From contig OZ220691.1 of assembly GCA_965116475.1 (NCBI GenBank), positions 1,376,001-1,440,000 of the forward strand: a stretch of 64,000 nucleotides of DNA, written 5' to 3'. The stretch's first letter is position 1; each line of letters starts with the position of its first letter. The stretch is from Gemmatimonadota bacterium. GTDB taxonomy: Bacteria > Gemmatimonadota > Gemmatimonadetes > Palauibacterales > Palauibacteraceae. The notes beneath the pieces are model-generated. The model was not told where the DNA came from and did not search any database. It was given only the letters and a program-made list of their open reading frames with translations. Positions 59,222 through 64,000 of the stretch are shown piece after piece. Made by a program: the position numbers and the translations under genes.

Positions 59222-60031
59222 ATGCGAGTGACGGATTCCGCGCCTGGCGCGTTGATTCTCGGAGCTTCGAGCGGCTTTGGCGAAGCGGCCGCGCTGGCGT
59301 TCGCCGAAGCCGGTTACGACATCTACGGGGTACACCTGGACCGGAGAGCGGGACTCGCGCACGTCGGCGAGATCCGGGCCCTGATCGAATCCGGTGGGCG
59401 GCGCGCGCTGTTCTTCAACGTGAACGCGGCGTCCGCCAGGAAGCGCGACCGGGTGCTGGACGAACTGGCGGAAGGCGCTGCCCCGGGTTCCGTGCGCGTG
59501 CTGATCCACTCTCTGGCCTTCGGAACGCTGCTCCCCTTCGTGCCCGACGACGCGCCGGGGATGAGTCCCGAGCAGATGAACATGACGCTCGACGTGATGG
59601 CCCATACGCTGGTCTACTGGACCCAGGGGCTGCTCGATCGCGGCCTGATGGGCGAGGGCGGCCGGATCTTCGCCATGACCTCCTCGGGTGGCGACCGCGT
59701 GATCCCTTCCTACGGGGCCGTCTCCGCGGCCAAGGCCGCGCTCGAATCGCACTGCCGCCAACTCGCGCTCGAACTCGCGACGAAAGGCATCACCGCCAAC
59801 TCGATCCGCGCCGGCGTCACGGACACACCCGCGCTGCGCAAGATCCCCGGCGCCGAGCACATGATCGCCGAAGCCGCGGCCCAGAACCCCCACGGGCGGC
59901 TCGGCACCCCGGAAGACGTGGCGCGCTGCATGGTCGCGCTCGCCGCGCCGGAAACGGGGTGGATGACGGGGAACACGATCCGCGTGGACGGAGGCGAGGA
60001 CTTCGTCGGCTCCAGGCCACCCGGGGACTAG
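59222..60031 (+). CDS. SDR, enoyl-ACP reductase (FabL/FabI-like)
   Basis: GASSGFG, HSLAFG, YGAVSAAKAALE (Y-x6-K), AGVTDTPAL, NP.GRL..PEDVA; GGAGG RBS. Confidence 0.85.
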   Translation: MRVTDSAPGALILGASSGFGEAAALAFAEAGYDIYGVHLDRRAGLAHVGEIRALIESGGRRALFFNVNAASARKRDRVLDELAEGAAPGSVRVLIHSLAFGTLLPFVPDDAPGMSPEQMNMTLDVMAHTLVYWTQGLLDRGLMGEGGRIFAMTSSGGDRVIPSYGAVSAAKAALESHCRQLALELATKGITANSIRAGVTDTPALRKIPGAEHMIAEAAAQNPHGRLGTPEDVARCMVALAAPETGWMTGNTIRVDGGEDFVGSRPPGD

Positions 60032-60035
60032 CGCA

Positions 60036-60254
60036 ATGGACGCCCGGCGGCTGGCCGGCCCGGTGGCGGAGGTGGCGCGCGAGATCGTCTCCGACGAGGT
60101 GGAGTACTGGCGGAGCGAGATCACCCGACCCTGGCGGACGGGACGGCCGGGGCGCTGGGCGGAGGTCGGCCGCTGGCTCGGGACGGGCCTCGCGGTGGGA
60201 GCGGCGGTGTGGGGCGTGATCGCCGCGGTTCAGGCGGAGCGCTTCCGCGACTAG
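60036..60254 (+). CDS. small membrane protein
   Basis: 72 aa with one C-terminal hydrophobic helix, directly after the SDR. Confidence 0.55.
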   Translation: MDARRLAGPVAEVAREIVSDEVEYWRSEITRPWRTGRPGRWAEVGRWLGTGLAVGAAVWGVIAAVQAERFRD

Positions 60255-60271
60255 CGGGCCGTGGCTGCCCG

Positions 60272-61798
60272 TCAGTTCTCCGGCAGATTCCCGGGCAGGG
60301 TGAGGACGATCTCGATCCGGCGGTTCCGCGCGCGCCCTTCCTCCGTCTCGTTGCTCGCGATCGGGCGTTCCTCGCCGAGGCCGGCGGCCTCGACCCGCGA
60401 CGACGGGATGGGCACCCGGGCGAGCAGGTGCTCGCGCACGGCGATGGCCCGCCGCTGGCTCAGCGCCTGATTCCCGCGCGTCCCGCCCTGCGCGTCGGTG
60501 TGGCCCTCGATCCGCAGGGTGGCCCCCGGAAAGGTCGTGATCACGCGCTGCACCTTCGTGAGCAGGGGAAACAGCGCCTCGTCGATCTCGGCGCGCGCGG
60601 GCTCGAAGGTGAGGCCGAACAGCCGGAGGACGAGCCGGTCGCCGGCGAGCAGGACTTCCCCCTCCGAGGGCGTGAAGAGGCCCTGGACCTCGCGCAGCCG
60701 CGCCTCCCGCTCGCGGACCGCGAGCAATTCGTCCCGGGCGCCCGTGAAGCGCCTTTCGAACTCGGCCAGGCGCTCCTCGAGCGAGGCCAGCCGGCCGCCG
60801 AGTTCCGACGCCCTGGCCCGTTCGTCGGCCAGATCCGCGTCCAGCCGCTCGTTCTCCGCCCGAAGGCGGGAGATCCCCTCCTCGATGCGCGCGGCCGTTT
60901 CGCCGGCGTCGCTCCTGACGGGTTCCACGTCCGCGGCTTCCGCGAGGCGGGCCAGATCCGCCTCGTGCTCATCGAGCAGTCGTTCGACCGTCACCTGGCG
61001 CCGCCGCACGCTGTCGAACAGGGCGGCGATGCGGTGCGCGCGCGAGAACGCGGCCAAGGCGGCTTCTCCTTCCCGCGCCGGTCCCTCCACCGGGGCGAGG
61101 CTCTCGATCCCCGCTTCGGCGAACGCCACGTGCGCCTCGCCCGCCGCGAACGCGTTCGGAGCCAACTCGCTCGCGCCCGCGTTCATCGCCGCGGCTCGCG
61201 CTTCGATCGCGGCTCCCAGAAACCGGTCGCGCCGCGCGGCACGAGTCGCCCGCCGGTAGAGCACCGTCGCGCGGCCCGCTCGCACGGCGACGTCTTCCAT
61301 ATCCTCGCGCTCCAGCCGGCGGCCGGCCCTCTCCAGTTCGGACTCGGCCCTCGCCCATCCTTCGGACGCCCGCATTTCGGCTTCGGAGGCGCGGGCTTCG
61401 TCCCGGGCGGCGAGCGCCTCCTCGAAGTGCGGCCGGCCCGCGGCCGCGATCCCCTCGGCCGCGGCCAGCCAGCGCCCGGCTTCGTCGAGCAACTCCTCGA
61501 AGCGGGCGTCGCGGCGCCCACCCCTCAGACGGCGCGAGGCGTCCTCCAGCCGATCCGCGGCCTCCTCGAATGAAGACGGTGCGAGGAGGTGGATCACGTT
61601 CTCGCGCGCCTGGCCGAGGCGGGCTTCGAGGGCCTGCAGCGAACCCGCGCCCTCCTGGGCGGCGGCGCCGGGACACACCAGGAGGAACGCGACGAGTACG
61701 GCCTCGACGACTACGGCGCCGACGAGTCCTTCCGACCTCCGCCGGCCCGTCCGCCGCGGGCGCGGCGGGTCCGGGAGCCTGTACCTGACAAAAGCCAT
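60272..61798 (-). CDS. OmpA-family peptidoglycan-binding protein with long helical/coiled-coil N-terminus
   Basis: EGHTD..G....N..LS.RRA..V, G.GE.RPIASN....GR..NRRIEI; signal-like hydrophobic segment. Confidence 0.9.
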   Translation of the reverse strand: MAFVRYRLPDPPRPRRTGRRRSEGLVGAVVVEAVLVAFLLVCPGAAAQEGAGSLQALEARLGQARENVIHLLAPSSFEEAADRLEDASRRLRGGRRDARFEELLDEAGRWLAAAEGIAAAGRPHFEEALAARDEARASEAEMRASEGWARAESELERAGRRLEREDMEDVAVRAGRATVLYRRATRAARRDRFLGAAIEARAAAMNAGASELAPNAFAAGEAHVAFAEAGIESLAPVEGPAREGEAALAAFSRAHRIAALFDSVRRRQVTVERLLDEHEADLARLAEAADVEPVRSDAGETAARIEEGISRLRAENERLDADLADERARASELGGRLASLEERLAEFERRFTGARDELLAVREREARLREVQGLFTPSEGEVLLAGDRLVLRLFGLTFEPARAEIDEALFPLLTKVQRVITTFPGATLRIEGHTDAQGGTRGNQALSQRRAIAVREHLLARVPIPSSRVEAAGLGEERPIASNETEEGRARNRRIEIVLTLPGNLPEN

Positions 61799-61846
61799 GT
61801 TTTCCGTGCTCTTCCCCTTCGGCCGGCAAACGAGTCGGGCCTGCGT

Positions 61847-61894
61847 CCACTGCACGATCCACTGCACGATCCACTGCACCATACACTGCACGAT
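61847..61894. repeat. 12-bp tandem repeat x4
   Basis: CCACTGCACGAT x2, CCACTGCACCAT, ACACTGCACGAT. Confidence 0.9.
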
Positions 61895-61984
61895 ACAGAG
61901 CGCACCGGGCACCTTTCAATCTCACTCCCGGGCCGCCAGATTGCGCTTCCCTTCGCGAAACATGTTCACCAGGGGGATCCCTTC

Positions 61985-63640
61985 ATGAAACCACTTGTCG
62001 ACGAGGTTCGGCAGGGCGCCGATCCCGGAGTCCCGGCTCCCGTCAACGAACCGGTCTACGCCTACGCGCCGGGCAGTCCCGAACGGGCCGCCCTCAAGGA
62101 AGAGTTGCTCCGCCAGCGGGGCGAGGTCGTCGAAATCCCGCTGATCATCGGCGGACGCGAGGTGCGGACATCGAAAACGTTCGACGTGACGATGCCGCAC
62201 GACCACGGCCACGCGCTGGCCCGCTGCCACATCGCCGGGGCCGCCGAGGCGCAGGCCGCCGTCGACGCCTCGCGCACGGCCTGGGCGGAGTGGTCGAACC
62301 GGGCCTGGGAGGACCGCGCCGGGATTCTCCTCCGCGCCGCCGACCTGCTCGCCGGCCCCTGGAGGATGAAGCTCAACGCCGCGACCATGCTCGGGCAGAG
62401 CAAGACGGCGTTCCAGGCCGAGATCGACGCCGCGTGCGAGATCGTCGATTTCTGGCGCTTCAACTCCTTCTTCGCGGGGCGCGTGCACGCGGAGCAGCCG
62501 ATCTCCGGACCGGGCGTACGGAACCGCATGGACCACCGTCCGCTCGAGGGGTTCGTCTACGCCATCAGCCCGTTCAACTTCACGGCCATCGGGGCCAACC
62601 TGACGACATCCCCCGCGCTCATGGGCAACGTCGCGGTCTGGAAGCCTTCGACCACCGGCGTCCTCGGGTCCTGGTACGTGATGAAGCTCCTCGAAGCGGC
62701 CGGGCTCCCGCCGGGCGTGATCAACTTCATCCCGGGCGTCGCCTCGGAGATCAGCGATGTCCTGCTGTCGAGCCCGGAACTCGGCGGCATCCACTTCACC
62801 GGTTCGACCGGCACCTTCCAGCACCTCTGGAAATCCGTCGCGCAGAACGTGGAGAACTATCGGGCCTACCCGAGGCTCGTCGGCGAGACGGGCGGGAAGG
62901 ACTTCATCCTCGCGCACGAGAGCGCGGACCCGCAGGCGCTCGCGGTCGCGATCGTGCAGGGCGGCTTCGAGTACCAGGGACAGAAGTGCTCGGCGACCTC
63001 CCGCGTGTACGTGCCCGACACGATGTGGGAGGACGTGCGGGACCGGGTCGTCGCGATGACCGGGGAGCTTCGCATGGGCGACCCGGCGGACTTCCGGAAC
63101 TTCCTCGGCGCCGTGATCGACCGGCCGGCGTTCGACCGCATCAAGTCGTACATCGACTACGCGCGCGAATCCGGCGATGCGCGCATCCTCGCCGGCGGCG
63201 GCTGCGATGACAGCCGGGGCTACTTCATCGAGCCCACCCTGGTCGAAGCGGACGACCCCGGACACAAGCTGATGTGCGAGGAGATCTTCGGGCCGGTCGT
63301 CACCCTGCATCCCTACCGCGCGTCGGACTGGGAATCCACGCTCGCCCTGGTCGACGGGACCTCGCCGTACGCGCTCACGGGCGCGGTGTTCGCGCGGGAC
63401 GAGGGGGCCCTCCGAAGCGCGGGCGCGGCGCTGCGGAACGCGGCGGGGAACTACTACATCAACGACAAGCCGTCCGGCGCGGTGGTCGGGCAGCAGCCCT
63501 TCGGAGGCGGCCGCGCGAGCGGCACGAACGACAAGGCCGGATCGGTACTGAACCTCGTGCGCTGGGTCTCCCCGCGGACGATCAAGGAGACCTTCGAGCC
63601 GCCCACCGACTACCGGTATCCCTTCATGGAGGCGGAGTGA
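61985..63640 (+). CDS. pruA: 1-pyrroline-5-carboxylate (glutamate-5-semialdehyde) dehydrogenase
   Basis: NEP..YAPGSPER, MLGQSK, EIDAACE, PFNFTAI, FTGST, GETGGK, QGQKCSA, EEIFGP, QQPFGG.R.SGTNDKAG. Confidence 0.95.
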   Translation: MKPLVDEVRQGADPGVPAPVNEPVYAYAPGSPERAALKEELLRQRGEVVEIPLIIGGREVRTSKTFDVTMPHDHGHALARCHIAGAAEAQAAVDASRTAWAEWSNRAWEDRAGILLRAADLLAGPWRMKLNAATMLGQSKTAFQAEIDAACEIVDFWRFNSFFAGRVHAEQPISGPGVRNRMDHRPLEGFVYAISPFNFTAIGANLTTSPALMGNVAVWKPSTTGVLGSWYVMKLLEAAGLPPGVINFIPGVASEISDVLLSSPELGGIHFTGSTGTFQHLWKSVAQNVENYRAYPRLVGETGGKDFILAHESADPQALAVAIVQGGFEYQGQKCSATSRVYVPDTMWEDVRDRVVAMTGELRMGDPADFRNFLGAVIDRPAFDRIKSYIDYARESGDARILAGGGCDDSRGYFIEPTLVEADDPGHKLMCEEIFGPVVTLHPYRASDWESTLALVDGTSPYALTGAVFARDEGALRSAGAALRNAAGNYYINDKPSGAVVGQQPFGGGRASGTNDKAGSVLNLVRWVSPRTIKETFEPPTDYRYPFMEAE

Positions 63641-64000
63641 GGACAGGACGGCATCCGGCGCTCGCGGGGCTGCTGGCCGCGGCGCTCGCGGTGGTGGGGT
63701 GCGGCGACGAGCCCGAAGTCAACAATCGGGAGGTGCTGGAAAACGCGACGTTCCTCACCCTGGAGGGCGGCGAGATCACGCTCACCGCCGGAGCGACGAC
63801 CAGTGAGGGCAACGTGCGGCACGAGCTGCTCCTCACGGCGGACGGCGATCTCGATTTCGATTCGGACATCGACGCCGTCGCGGTGCTCGCGGCGGACCAG
63901 GGGCGGGAGCGGTTCCTGACCCTGCATGCCGTGCTGAGAGACGGCGACCAACTGCAGGACGTGTCCGCGCGCCTGATTGGCGACCGGATCGAAGTCCACC
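63637..64000 (+). CDS. hypothetical lipoprotein (partial, runs off window)
   Basis: GTGA overlap with the pruA stop; signal peptide ending VVGC; frame open to the window end. Confidence 0.65.
   Translation, partial: MRTGRHPALAGLLAAALAVVGCGDEPEVNNREVLENATFLTLEGGEITLTAGATTSEGNVRHELLLTADGDLDFDSDIDAVAVLAADQGRERFLTLHAVLRDGDQLQDVSARLIGDRIEVH

Noticed and set aside
61847..61894. Short repeat arrays (also 59019, 32359, 28253) as CRISPR
   Set aside because: Units are 12-18 bp and contiguous, with no spacers and no cas genes.

Overview
Very GC-rich, gene-dense bacterial chromosomal segment with about 60 CDS and one tRNA. Gene content and style suggest Gemmatimonadota, but that is inference and cannot be proven here. 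Main blocks from left to right: a TonB-dependent receptor with a Tat-type HD-domain protein; a cold-shock gene; a tryptophan->kynurenine->anthranilate->anthraniloyl-CoA catabolic cluster (aromatic acid-CoA ligase, creatininase-family amidohydrolase, SDR, RidA, crotonase, acyl-CoA dehydrogenase, AbmA-like monooxygenase/reductase, kynA, kynU, with no recognisable kynB); mobA, arsC and a DUF5916 gene opposite an XRE regulator; a fused E1 alpha/beta 2-oxoacid dehydrogenase; an Fpg/Nei glycosylase; a secreted PHM-like copper monooxygenase next to a ferredoxin; lipA-pdhABC-lpdA-lipB; a cluster of parS-like palindromes; tRNA-Glu(CTC); DUF547/GT2/porin/CPBP genes; a split nitrilase + nadE pair; a large phosphate region (TBDR + lipoproteins divergent from phoBR-pstSCAB-phoU, then ppk1 and ppx) with 11-bp Pho-box-like repeats; glycosyltransferases; a FabL-like SDR; an OmpA protein; pruA. 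I saw no CRISPR array, integrase, transposase or rRNA. The strongest leads are a divergent parS-like centromere motif, a PHM-like Cu enzyme with a His->Met ligand change, a creatininase-family candidate replacing KynB, a Tat-type PhnZ/MIOX-like diiron protein, a Pho-box-linked TBDR/lipoprotein module, a CTG start codon, and pervasive short tandem duplications at gene ends. All family assignments are from motif recognition by eye, not database searches.
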